DNA of 64,000 bases from Takakia lepidozioides (Eukaryota; Plantae; Bryophyta), in assembly GCA_030704615.1 (NCBI GenBank), contig CM060731.1, positions 25,606,001 to 25,670,000 on the forward strand. Reading direction: 5' to 3'. The notes under the pieces are model-generated. The model was given only the letters and a program-made list of their open reading frames with translations. It was not told the origin of the DNA and did not search any database. Position numbers and translations under genes: made by a program. Numbering within the stretch: position 1 is the stretch's first letter; the number at the start of each line of letters is the position of its first letter. Shown one piece after another: positions 27,601-39,500 of this stretch.

Positions 27601-28329
27601 GACAGTCCGTGTCATTCAGACCTCAGCATAGCAACAGGTCTTTAAAATAGCTGCTGTGAGTCATAGAGGTTGTGAGAACACGGACTGGTAACCACTTGGG
27701 TGGAGAGATGTCAGCCTTGTCAAGAAAATTGTCAGTTGAGATATGACTTCAAGTTTGGGTGGTAGATAAGCAAATTCAATGTATAAAACGTGTTCTACAT
27801 CTAGTGCCAAGCACACATTGAAGGAAACATGCTTATAACTGATTTTCCAGTCTCTACTTACTCAGTCGTTACTTCACAGGTCTCTCTACAGGTTGGAGTC
27901 GGTGGTTAAGAGTGCATCGGATCTGATTAGCTTAAAAGGGAATGTCCAAATAAAAGTCGGAGAGGACGTGACATTGTTATAATCCTTCGGCAGCATTTCC
28001 ACTCTCTCTCTAGTGTCCGGTCTCACATTCCAGGCAGAAACCAGCGCTGCATAGCAAATTATCTCTCACCGAACTGATGTTCAATTGATTATAAAACCCC
28101 TTGACACACAAAAGGAAAAGTTGGAAAGAACTCTCGCCTCCGGACCTCCAACCTCGTAGATCTTCACGCCCTTCACCATGCATGCAGCCCTTGCAATCAG
28201 AAAGGTAGCTTTTTGATGTAGTGAAGGATATATGATTCTTTGTGTGAGGTGGGTCGATACCCAATTACGCCTTGTGGCTATCGAGGGGAACGAAGATGCA
28301 AAGGAGTGAGAGAGCTCGGCAAGTGCCAT
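23677..28329 (-). CDS. NADPH:quinone oxidoreductase (zeta-crystallin/QOR, MDR family) with an N-terminal transit-peptide-like extension, 6 exons, ~380 aa
   Basis: Exons 28329-28138 (GC donor), 26814-26676, 26313-26233, 25691-25549, 24929-24672 and 24006-23677, with consistent phases. Motifs GGPEVLKWED, AIGLNFIDVYFRKG, GMEAAGVV, HAAAGGVG, VYDSVGKDT, SFGQSSG, LESRKTTGS. Confidence 0.9.
24075..24501 (-). mobile_element. 5'-truncated LINE 3' fragment, copy A (QOR intron 5)
   Basis: Aligns with copy D (..KSIKGIVPVPLFTNFE.., FLEDIWK) and ends in ggccacaa..acggcaaacaac.tcttatga.taca. Confidence 0.85.
24505..24580 (-). mobile_element. LINE 3' fragment, copy B, with a 14-15-bp TSD
   Basis: Flanked by TTCAAAGGTAGAGA at 24491-24504 and 24581-24594, next to a (GA)n tract. 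Confidence 0.9.
24591..24622. repeat. (GA)n microsatellite
   Basis: About 16 GA units. Confidence 0.95.
25711..25835 (-). mobile_element. LINE 3' fragment, copy C (QOR intron 3, ~20 nt upstream of the acceptor)
   Basis: Same terminal sequence ..atggccacaaagctacggcaaacaacatcttatgagtacat|tctct. Confidence 0.85.
27558..27637. repeat. Perfect 36-bp tandem duplication in QOR intron 1
   Basis: agcaacagacagtccgtgtcattcagacctcagcat occurs twice in tandem. Confidence 0.9.
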
Positions 28330-28676
28330 ATCGCAGAATTCCCTCAGAATTGCATAACTTCCGGCCGCTTTGACGAACTTTCGGTGGGTGCTCACTAACG
28401 AAAACTATGACCTCGACGGAAAACATCCTCACTCTTTTAGGTCTTTGATCTCTTGAGAGCAGATCCCAGGGCAGCGCAGGAATCTCTCACACATCAGAAT
28501 CCAACAGTATCGCGAGTTGAGAGAGGTAAATTGTAATTAGGCTTTGTGGGGAGAAAGAATCAAGTGGGATTAAGACTGGTGAACGATCCGTATGAGAGAA
28601 TGTGACGCGTGATCTCTGATAGAAGATTTCTGGAGTGTTCGGAAGCAAATCCGTAAGGGAATGCAGGTGGGAGGAG

Positions 28677-29510
28677 ATGGGTTCAGATGGGTCTCAAGTG
28701 ATGGTCGCGTTGGCCCTCACGCTTGTGGGGGGACTGAGCACAGCGTTAGGAGGCCTTGTGGTAGTCTTGCAACCAGCTCCTAATATCAAACGCCTTGGCC
28801 TTCTGCAAGGACTTGCAGCTGGGTTGATGCTTTCCATCTCCTTTCTGGATCTCATGCACAATGCCATCAACGCCATTGGCTTCCCAAGAGCTAATATGTG
28901 GTTCTTCGGAGGAGTGCTGATGTTTGCCGGGGTGGTGACCATGATCCCTGAGCCCTCATTGTCTCCTTCGCAAAATGTAGCTCTCGACGCCGTGGGCAAG
29001 GGTAAGAAGGGGAAAGAGACAAGTGCAATAGCGCGACAGCGGCGCCGCCAGGTACTAATGAGTGGGGTTGTAACTGCCGTGGGGATCGGCCTTCATAATT
29101 TCCCTGAAGGAATTGCTGTGTTTCTTGGATCCATTAAGGGTTTGCGCGTTGGCGTCAGCCTTGCCCTGGCGATCGCCCTGCACAATATACCAGAAGGCAT
29201 CGCGGTTGCATTGCCAGTCTATTTTGCAACAGAGAGCAGATGGAAGGCTTTTCAGTTAGCAGCACTCTCCGGCCTAGCTGAGCCCTTGGGTGTGATCATA
29301 GTGGCAGTTTTGTTCCCCAGAAGCTTATCTGCGGACGTACTAGAGGGCATGCTTGCAGGTGTGGGAGGGATAATGGCTTTTCTCACACTGCACGAGATGG
29401 TTCCTTTAGCTTTGGAATACGCCGGGCATCGTCAGGCTGTGGCAGCTGTGTTCGTCGGAATGGCTCTCATGTCTGTGAGTCTACATTTGTTGGAAATCAG
29501 TGTGCCATGA
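28677..29510 (+). CDS. ZTP29: ZIP/GufA-type zinc transporter (ZTP29-like), intronless, 277 aa
   Basis: SQVMVALALTLVGGLST, AAGLMLSISFLDL, GIGLHNFPEG, AIALHNIPEG and SGLAEPLG; multiple hydrophobic segments. Confidence 0.9.
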   Translation: MGSDGSQVMVALALTLVGGLSTALGGLVVVLQPAPNIKRLGLLQGLAAGLMLSISFLDLMHNAINAIGFPRANMWFFGGVLMFAGVVTMIPEPSLSPSQNVALDAVGKGKKGKETSAIARQRRRQVLMSGVVTAVGIGLHNFPEGIAVFLGSIKGLRVGVSLALAIALHNIPEGIAVALPVYFATESRWKAFQLAALSGLAEPLGVIIVAVLFPRSLSADVLEGMLAGVGGIMAFLTLHEMVPLALEYAGHRQAVAAVFVGMALMSVSLHLLEISVP

Positions 29511-31433
29511 GATGCCTGGAAGTTTTGGCACTGGGTTGGTCCTGAGTTGATGAGGAGGATATGACTGAGCACTACAGGCATGTGAGGGTCGGGCTGGATG
29601 TTGAGATGGCTGTATCATCTTCGCCCGGATGTGACTGTCTACTAATGGGCAACACCACCACAGTACTTGATTTCCCGGCAGATTCTCACATTCCCAAAAC
29701 GAGGGCGGTGATTCTGGGGGACTCCCACAAGGTGTGCTTTCAACCCCCCCCCGGTGGTGACCCTTTGAACCACATTTCATGGGCTAGGCACTCAGATCCT
29801 TTTAGAACTCCAGCCTTCTGATAAAACTTAAGGATCTGTGGGGATTCTGTTGTGAACATATAGCTGATTTGGCCAGTGATGTGTGGCCCTTTTGGACATG
29901 TGTACCACACCAAGTTGGAGGTGGTAGGCGAGAGCTGAGAGATTCTTCAATGCAGTTTGGACCATAAAGTGCTGATATACGGCAAGCTTGTCTTCTAATG
30001 CTTGGTGTGGTCCCTTTAAAATTTGCAGCACTATATCGTCTTGAAAACACATGCTTCAAATCATGTGGCAATCAGAAAGAAATCGCATTAGAACCAACAG
30101 CTTACCAAGAACAGCAAGCAGGCTTGCCATGTTAGACAATGCTCACTATTCTCTGAGCAAGAAGAAGGCAAATGTCAAAAGACGTTGGAATTACAGGACT
30201 ATTGCCCAGAATGTTGGTGTTGGGAATATCTGTCCCGGAACTTGTTCCTGCCATTCTGTGTTCAGACTCCAGGTACTAAAAATTACATGTACTGAAAGCA
30301 ATGATTGGAACACATTCCATTGATTCCCGGATGACCTCTCTTTGGAGACTCCAATTCAAATATGTAAGACGCTCTGGTAAATCCCTCTTTTGTGCCCAAT
30401 GTATGCAATGCAATTCCATTTGTGTGCTCTACACTGGGTGTGTGGGAACAAATCTCCCTCCGTTTAGTATTGATAATCAGGGTCATTTTAAAATCATTTG
30501 TATCAAATGCTTGGGAACGAGGCTGCTGAAGTGACACTTTTTTACCCATCCTATATATCCCTTATATCCCTAAAAGTAACGGAACGTATAAACGTGAATG
30601 TCCGGTCTGACGTGAGCTGACGTGATGTGTGCAACCCTGCGAAATACGAGTACTTTGGGAAAGAAATGACAAGCATACAAGATAAGGAAACAAGTGGTGC
30701 TTACGACACATAGAAGACTCCGACCGAAGCCGGCTTATCTAAGAGTCACTTTGCCTTGCGGCTAACACTGACTAGAGAGAGGGTCCACATGCTAAAAAGA
30801 TAATGATGATAAAATAGCTACAATACTCCTACCTATGTCACCAATCCTTGCATATTCCAGCAAAGTCTGCATATGGCATCCTCACAATTGCCTCATACTA
30901 AATCTCGGGAATTCCAAGGTGCTCGTGAAAACTGCAAACCACCGTTGATTCATGCTCCTTCAAACGACTAGCAATAACACTACAAAACCTATCACTATTG
31001 CCACCATGTCCTCGTGGTTTCTCTTTGACAGAAAAATCACAAATCACATGCTACTTGGACTCTCATAATGTCAAATCCACAATTTTCCTAGACTTATTTG
31101 GGCAAGTGCTTTATTTGCTTGCAGTTGCTGCTGTTTGCAAAAATGTTGGTTCTCATTATTGATCTTATTTATCTTTCACAGGATAAAAGCGAAAGGAATG
31201 GAGTCCAGGAACAACTCGATCTGTGAGTTTCGATTATGATATCTGTATTTCGCATATAAGTTATCTGATACACATTATCAGTGCTAAGAGCAGCAGGTAC
31301 CAGCCGCTATATCCCTCTCTCGCATAACCTTAACTCTCTCAACCTTCAATTGAAAAACTTGAATGAAATGGAGGAGGAGGCCTACCTACTGCAATGGGGA
31401 CTATAACAGTGTTGTGCGGGTCTGAGTTTTGAC

Positions 31434-34400
31434 CAGTGTTGGTCTGGTATCTGGGTTTCGTCAGGTATCAACTTGGGCATCAACCCGGGTCTCTCCTAAC
31501 CTAACCTACTGTTCTGTGTTCCCATAAACATTTGTAATACCCTACCCGAAGGTTCTCGAGTTCCCTGACGGCCCCCCAAACCCTAACAGGCGGCAATTAG
31601 GGTTCTCCTTTCCCCGCCCCCTACCAGAGTTTGATTCTTCGCTGCAGGTCTGTTTGGGTATCATGTTAATATGCACATAGACATTATGGATGTAGGGTTT
31701 CATGAGATTATGAGCGCCTCTTTTGCCAGCTTCGGCGGCAGATTGATGGAGGTTGTACAACAGATTTGGAATCAAGGAGAGTGGAGCAACAATTGTGGTG
31801 GTTTTTTATGGTTTTAGAGCTACTATGGGCATATGTAAGCATGAGTATGACCTAAACCTCTATGTTTGAGTGTTTCAGCTCGAGTCTTAGTGCAAGTTAA
31901 GTGTTTGAGCAATAACAATGGAGGACTTGGAAGATTGTGATTTTCCAAGGGAGGATGCTGAAATTTTGTCACTCACTGGTGTTGTTGTAGATGAAGGTGT
32001 CACCTTTGAGGAGGTCCTACAAATAACTGCTGAGGATGTTGAGGATGTTGAGGAGGTCAGAATTGCTGAAGAAGATGCTTTGCGGCAGCGCCTCAAGGTG
32101 CTATTAGAGATTCAGAAATTTTGGGTTCCTTACCATGGAGGATCTGAGGCATGGGCGTTCTTTGTTTTGAATGATGCTGCAAGTGCTGTAGATGTCCAGG
32201 CTACCCAGCTGATGAGGTGTGTAATGTGCCATTCAGAGTCCCATGAAGGGAGCTCTCACAGCTCCACCAGATCTCGTAAAGGATTTGTAACCTACAATCC
32301 TGAACATGACATTACTGCCATGAAGAAACATGTAAGTAATGAGCATGCTCACGATCTGGCCAAGTACAAGTCCCACAAAAAAACCTTGGAGGATAGAGAT
32401 CCAAACAAGAGGCAAAAATGTAAAAAGAGATACTCCACTGCTCCTTTTGCCATAACCAACTTCTTTGGATCTGCCACACCATACATGAAAGATAACCCTA
32501 CCCAGAAGCGTTTCATTGAAGATCTTGTCTTGATGATTGCCAAGGGCTATATGCCTCTATCAGTAGTAGAGAATCCATGGTTGAGGCGTCTAGTAATGAG
32601 GCTCCATGGAGCTGTGGTGTTTCCCTCCAGGAAACAACTTGTGCGTGAGCATCTTCCTGCCCTTCTTGCAAAGACTATGGAGAGGTATATGTTGCCTTTG
32701 ATAGCTCAATGTGCAATAGTGACAGTCTCATTTGACCTTTGGATGAGTAGATCAGGTTATGATATCTTTGCATTGGTAATAAATTTATCAATGAGGTGTG
32801 GCACCCTTGCTATGTTACTGTTGGCTTTTTTGAGGCCCCTGATACATGTGGGGCTGCTCTAGCTGAGTAGGTGAAGGCTCTCTTAGCTGAGCATGGCTTG
32901 ACCAACAAAGTTTTGGCATATGTCAAGGATGAGGGGGCCAATATTGGCACCCTTACAGCTGCACTCACATCTATTGTGAGTTGTGATCCATTGAAGCTGC
33001 AGCAACTATATCCTAGTACTTGTTTTGGACATGTGATGAGCAAAGCTTGCCAATATGCAACAAATGAGGCCAAGGTTAGTGAAGGCATGAAGGAGGTCAA
33101 CCTTAAGGGTGCTCAGCAGGCCCTTCAGAAAACCATAACATGGACAAAGAAGTCCGGGAAGGGGAGGATTGAGTGGCAGAGGGCCTGCACTGAGACTGGA
33201 ATGCGACACAGGAAATTAAGAACGCCAGTGAAGACGAGGTTTGCCTCCAAAGTCATTCTGTTCCAAGAGCCACTTGAGTATGCTACTGCCATTAACATTT
33301 GTTATACGCGACAGAGCAACACATTGTTGAAAGCTCGAGTTCCAAGTGGCGTGACTTGGGCCATCGCACGGGTAGTAACTGATACCCTAAACCCTGTCGT
33401 GCATCAATGTTTGTTAAATCAGAGAAGGGGTTACTGGCTTTTGAGTGATGCATTGTTTGCTGCCATGGCCATTATGGGGAAGATGAATGTTGCATACCAA
33501 CAACGAGCTCTAGTTCAGCCCCCTCTACGCTGTGGTGAATTTGACCAAGAAATTGAGATTCTGTACGGTCGTATGGCGATGGCGGTGATCAATGTTTTGC
33601 GTCCCTTTTTGTCATTTGCAGAATCTTTCAATAGGGCAAAGGCCCATAAACATGTTGGCTTTGATGCTCGATCCTTGCTTTAAGGGCATGAAGTGTCTGA
33701 TGGATTATGTGGGTAGAGATCAGGCTGAAACTTTGGTACAAGAGTATGATGCTTTGGTACTGCTAACACTGCTGAATTCAGTGATGGATTGTTTGAATCC
33801 TCGAGTTGACTATGAATTTGAAACCGTAAACCCCATTCCAGGTCATACCATCACTTCTGATTCTTTGTTTGGATCTGTGGCATCACGAGAGGAGGCCTCC
33901 GAGGGTCTGTTGCAGGCATAATTGTCTTTGTTTCGTCGTATTTCAATGGATAATGTGGACAGCCTTGATCCCTTGAATTGGTGGTTTGAGAATGAGACAC
34001 GGTTCCCGAATATGGGCCTTCTTACCCGACAAATACTTGGCATCCCTGGTTCTCAAATTGAGACCGAAATGATCTTTTCAGTGCAGGTGTTCTCACAAGT
34101 TTGAAGAGGTGTCGACTTGGAGTGGATAATCTTGACAAGCTAATCATGATTTACAAGAACTGGCCTAGCGATGCTCGGGCTGATTGTAAACTTGTTCATG
34201 AGGACAAACTAGATGATTTTTTTGTGAATGAGGAGGCACTATTAGAAGACAACGAGGAGCTGCTTGAGAAAGCTAGATACTTTGAGGATGACGACTGGGG
34301 TACTTTGTAATGTAGAGTAGAGATTTAGGGCTAGGGGCATATACTAGCTATTTTGATTATAACTTGACACTTTGATCTTCATTTGTGAGACACTATGGAT

Positions 34401-34788
34401 GCAATTTTGATTGAGTGTATAATTGTATAGGGGTTGGTATCCTATGAGATGAACATGTTTCTCTTGTGGTTTTTTTGAATATTGAAATGGCCAACCCTTC
34501 AGATAGCCATCTCAATATTGAAATTGAATTTGAATACTAGTACCATTTTTATTTTTTTATTTTTTTAATACCATATCCGAGTTCATATTTCTAGGTTATT
34601 GACATTCAGATACGATTGTTCATATCCGTATTGATTTTTTTTTTTTAAAACACTCTATGCATACCATATTCATACTTGAAAAAAATCAGGGGCTGCATTA
34701 TTGGAAAACCTACCTGCCTTAAAAAAAATCAGCACTACATACCAAGACCCTTATGGTATTTCCAATTCAAGATACCAGACCAACACTG
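31434..34788 (+). mobile_element. hAT DNA transposon, formerly autonomous
   Basis: Perfect 19-bp TIRs CAGTGTTGGTCTGGTATCT / AGATACCAGACCAACACTG; perfect 8-bp TSD GTTTTGAC. Confidence 0.95.
31918..34310 (+). pseudogene. hAT transposase with frameshifts and stops
   Basis: BED-like finger (CVMC..KKHVSNEH), SFDLWMSR, YVKDEGAN, CFGHVMSKAC, PVKTRFAS and a C-terminal dimerisation region (DPLNWW..RFP..LGIPGSQIETE.IFS), spread over several frames. Confidence 0.9.
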
Positions 34789-36517
34789 GTTTTGACCCCG
34801 GGTACCCGACGGGTTAGGGTCCGGGTTACCTGGATCCGCACCCGGACCCGTCCTATCCCCAAAAACCCGGACCCAGACCTGGTTTCATTTCTAAAAGGAA
34901 CCCGGACCCGCCTGCTATGGTCAGGGTCCAGGTCTTAATTTCAAGTCGGGCATGTGTTATATGTGGTAGGTTATATGTGGTAGGTTCTGCAATGTGTCGA
35001 GCAATAGGCCAGCAGCCTACCAGCCCCCACCAAGTTGTAGCCACATACCACCTCAAAAGTTGTTGTGGGTTCAATCCACATATTGGTGTCACAAAGTTGT
35101 GCCCTTCAAGGTCCAGTGACACTATATGACGCCTCCTAATTTACACCTCCCAAAGGAGGCGTCATATATTGTTTTCATGAGGCTGGCTCCCACACATCCA
35201 AGCTATAGTGATCTGTGAGCCTTGAGGCATATTACTATTGTTAACATGTTTCAGAATTGATATTGAAGAATGGAACTCAATTCTATTTTAATTATTATGT
35301 TAAATAAGAAATACATATTCATGGTATTTTTTGAAGAAATGTGTCCTATAATAAAATTCAATATTAAGATTTAATTTTATTTCACCCAATAATAATTTTA
35401 TCCCTAATTAATCTTATTTTTTTAATTTATTTATAAATTAACTAGGACCCGGATCCGAACCCGTGAACCCGCTAATATTTTCCAACGACTACCCGGACCC
35501 TGACCCGAGTCCATGCTGAGCAACCCAAACCCCAACCCGCAACCAGATTTTCCAAATTTCAAAAACCCGGATCCGGACTAGGCTCCAAAAAAATACCCGG
35601 ACGCGGCGGGACCGGCGGGTTCCTTAAAAAAGGCACAACCAGCACAACACTGGACTATAGCTGCTTAGTGCTATCTTGGGCTTGCTGCCGCTTCTACCCG
35701 AACTAAAAACCAGCCTGCACACATGACTGAAAGTTGTCATGTGAAAATTTACCTCTATGCTGCTGTCGTAAACTTGAATGTGAAATTTTTGCATTTTTTT
35801 TCATGTTAGAGTGCTGTTGGAGACAATCATGTTTGTTCTTCCCAGGTTGGGTGCTTGCAGAAGTGAATGACACGGTATATGGAACTTGGAAGGTTAGCAG
35901 GGTGGTGAAACAATGTGATGGTCTCACATTCTGAGAGTCCAAGTGGAGCACAATTCAAGCAAACATAAGTGTAGAAAGTCTTGCGCGTTTGAATACTGCT
36001 GTCCAGTCCTTGGCTTGACGCGGAGTGTCAACACACTACATACTCAACAGTGACAAAGTACACTATGTACATAGTCTTTACTGGTTCACAACCCACTGAA
36101 CCCATTGATACCCATGTGATTATATGGTGACCCTGTTTATGAGTAAAAATAATTTGAAGTCAGTCTTGGGATTCAGCTTCACTCCATGATGTAGAGGCCG
36201 TACAATCTGGCCTTTACAGGCTATCCTGTTTAGCCTATGGTGATTGCAATTGCCCTGTACCGAACACAGAGCCTCAAGTACTGAGTATTAACTTCATGAT
36301 TTAACCTGTCTCAGCTTGCCATACTCAGCTTGCCATAATCAGGCAGAAGTGGCCTCCTCAGGCAGTTTACCTGAGTCAAATTCACTCTTCAGTGGGAAGG
36401 ATGATTTTGTTTTGCAAACCACCAAGGCATCCTGATTTAAAGTGAAGTGCACACCATAATCATAAATCGCGTTGTGCCCCCCTTCAGAACTGAGAACGGT
36501 GAGAAATCAATTGATGA

Positions 36518-39500
36518 TCAATTGGTAGATAAAAGGCACTGTGCAAAAAGGCGCTTCCGAATCCAGAACACTATGAGATCTGCTGTGAGCTTCTTCACGT
36601 CAATCAGAAATGGCTCAATTGTGCTTGGAGGATTACCATGTGATGTAAGAGAGAAGCCTCGTGACCCTGTTAATGCAAGACCCAAATAAGTTAGAAGAAG
36701 GTAAAAGAGCTTTTAACAGAGCACCGGGAGGAGAGAGAGGGAAGGTGGAGGAGAGAGAGTAGTTTCGTCACCCAAAAGACAAAAAAGGAAAAGGACACCT
36801 AAATGACATACTCTCGCATGAGTGAAGGTAAGCTGTGAGAGAGGGGCAATCGTCATAAAAGTAGAACTCTCTCTAGTTGACCAGCAATAGCTGGAAACAG
36901 TGTAACTTAAAGAGCGGGCTCCTTATCCGCATATGGCTACTGTGTGTAGTAGGAGGTGTGTGCTCTCTGAAGACTGCAACCCTGTTGTCCTGTGCCCTGT
37001 GGACTTGAAAGCCCCTTGTCACCCACTTTGGCAAAGAATGCCCAGTGAACCAGGTGCCCCCAGCACTTGCCACAAAAGAAAGATTCACATGCTTTGTTCC
37101 AAGCTGCTAACATGATGAGTTCTTGCAACACTCAGGGACAAGACATCTACAGTACCTTCAAGCTGGCCATCTGGGAAAAATGCCCAGAAAGAGTATGGAA
37201 CCTCGTTCTTCACGAAGCTTCCCTGTAGCTGCACATGCCACCACACAGGTTTCCAGTGAACTTCGCAGGGTTTGCGGTTCACCTTGGCCTCCTTGAACCT
37301 TATATAAGGAGGCAATGTATCTTAGTAGCAGAGTCTCCACAGTCCTTAATCTTTAACAGTTCTCATTCACAAAATAGACTTAAAGGAGGTTCCTCGCCTA
37401 CACCCCTGCTTCCATTTCTCCTGTCTTTTCTGCTTCATCTAAGCCAACTGCAGGGTCTATGGCCACAATACTACAGCAAGTGAATTATGCATACATTCCT
37501 TTCTATCTTTCTTTCTTTCTTGTCCCAGCAGCAGAGTCATGCAACAGCATTTCCAATGCTAACCCAATTGCGGCCCTTCACTCAACGATCAATGCCAGAA
37601 TGTGGTTGGCTGTGCACAAGGCTGTAGCCATGCTGCATCAGTTTCATGTCCTGGCAGGTTAGAACACACAACCTGCTCTATTTAGCAGTCTCCTGCGGAC
37701 TATTTGCTCACTCCAAAGGTACTCTGAATGAGTTCTTCTCTTCAAATGCATCAGCATCCTCCTCCTTCCCATGTCTACATAGATTGTACTGGTCTTTTTG
37801 ACTCCAGGTCGCGTACCTGGTTATCTTCAAAAGTTACATCAATGGCTGACACACCATCTTCTTTCTGCAGGAAGCTCAGCACTTGTGGAATGACATCCTC
37901 CTCCATAGTTGCAGGTAGAGATTTGACTAGTGCTGCCTTCTTTGCTGCCTTCTGTGCCCCAACTGCTGCTGCTGCTTTTGGCCTTGGCGGGCTGGGGCTA
38001 GAATCTGGGTTAGGGCCAGTGGTGGGGCCAGCCGTGCTTGCAGGCTCAGTTGTTGCTGCTGAAATCTTGGGGGGCATTTTTTGTGGGGGAACTTCAACCT
38101 TGGGATTATCTGTGAATGTCTCGCTTGCGGCTGGCCGAGTGCTTGAATTTTCTTCTGCCACCGAATAACAAACAGATTACACAAACACTCGAGATCAAAT
38201 CATGACCATCTAAAGGTATGAGATCTCTGCGTTTCTAGTTACTCCTCATTTTGTGCGTGGGAAGCACTCCATTGATAGAGTAAAACATAGCAAAACGATC
38301 CGAATCCCCGTCATTGCCAACAGGTACTGAATTCTATATTAGCAAGACATTTTGATACATGAGAGGATTGTGTGCTCAGACTTAAATTCAATGCCAAAGC
38401 CAGTACCCGCCAAACTTGGAACTTTCCTATGGTGCTCCAGAGGTCGGATAGTGATGTGGGCAGAAGGGTGACTGATAACCAGAGAGACGGTGGAATTGGA
38501 GGATCTCGAGAGTCAGCATTAGGCTGAAAGATTAGGGGAAGGAGAAAACAGAAGCTTTGTGATGTTTTCATGGAGAATACTTCACAAACACACACCTAAC
38601 AGGCTCCAATCCCATAGTTCTGTGATCTACCGGAGGTAAATCTAAGAAAAAACACATAAGAATGAGAAAGAGGGGGAAACCTGCTACAACAATTACGTTG
38701 TTGAAGCCCCCAGCATCGTCACCAACTGTGGGCCAGTCAGGCGAGTGCTGCCATTGTCCATCCACAATGAACTTATACATATACTTGCCTGGTGCTAGCT
38801 TCTGCCATATCCACCCACAACCATTGGTTAACTATTAGCTTATATCAGTAACAGCTACTAGAAGTTGAACAGACAGATGGCATGAACGTCCATCAATAAT
38901 CACTGATGTCAAAAGACGCGTGAGATGACAAATTTGGGAAGGAACTGTATTTCAGTTTTTACTTTTTATTGCAGCTTTTTCCACATCCCATCCATGAACA
39001 TACCCTGCTACCCCACGGACATCCAATTTGTGAATTAAACCCAAACACCCAGGAAGTGACAGTAAAGAATCAATTTTTTAATTCCAGACGCTTCACGCTA
39101 ATGGATCTGCGTCCGGATGACCTCAAGGGTCTACCCACTCTCGGCACTAGACTGAAATGTAAACTCAGGGCAGGAAGCCTACCTTTGAACAGCAAACAGA
39201 AGCAGAGAGGAAAGGGAGAGTGCAATTGCCCGTTATGTGGGCAACCTGAAGACAATATTCATTTCCTGATTCATTGTCCGGGGTTCTCTCACCAGAGAGA
39301 CGCTCTCCTCAAATCTATCAAGGGAATTGTGCCTGTCCCTCTGTTTACCAACTTTGAAAGTCTCGAGGCTGAGGCCAATAGCCCAGGCCCTTCTGGGGCC
39401 TAGTTACTGGGCAAACCACACACAGCAGATTGATGCTTGTGTGAAGGGATTTCTAGAGGATATCTGGAAAACCCGGATCAATGTGTTATATCAAGGTAAG

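Larger units (their letters stand above)
31407..35652 (-). mobile_element. hAT MITE (same family as 9098-9937, inverted) hosting a nested hAT
   Basis: Ends CAGTGTTGTGCGGGT / CAGCACAACACTG; TSD GACTATAA / GACTATAG. 34797-35652 is reverse-complement similar to the 9098 MITE. Confidence 0.9.
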
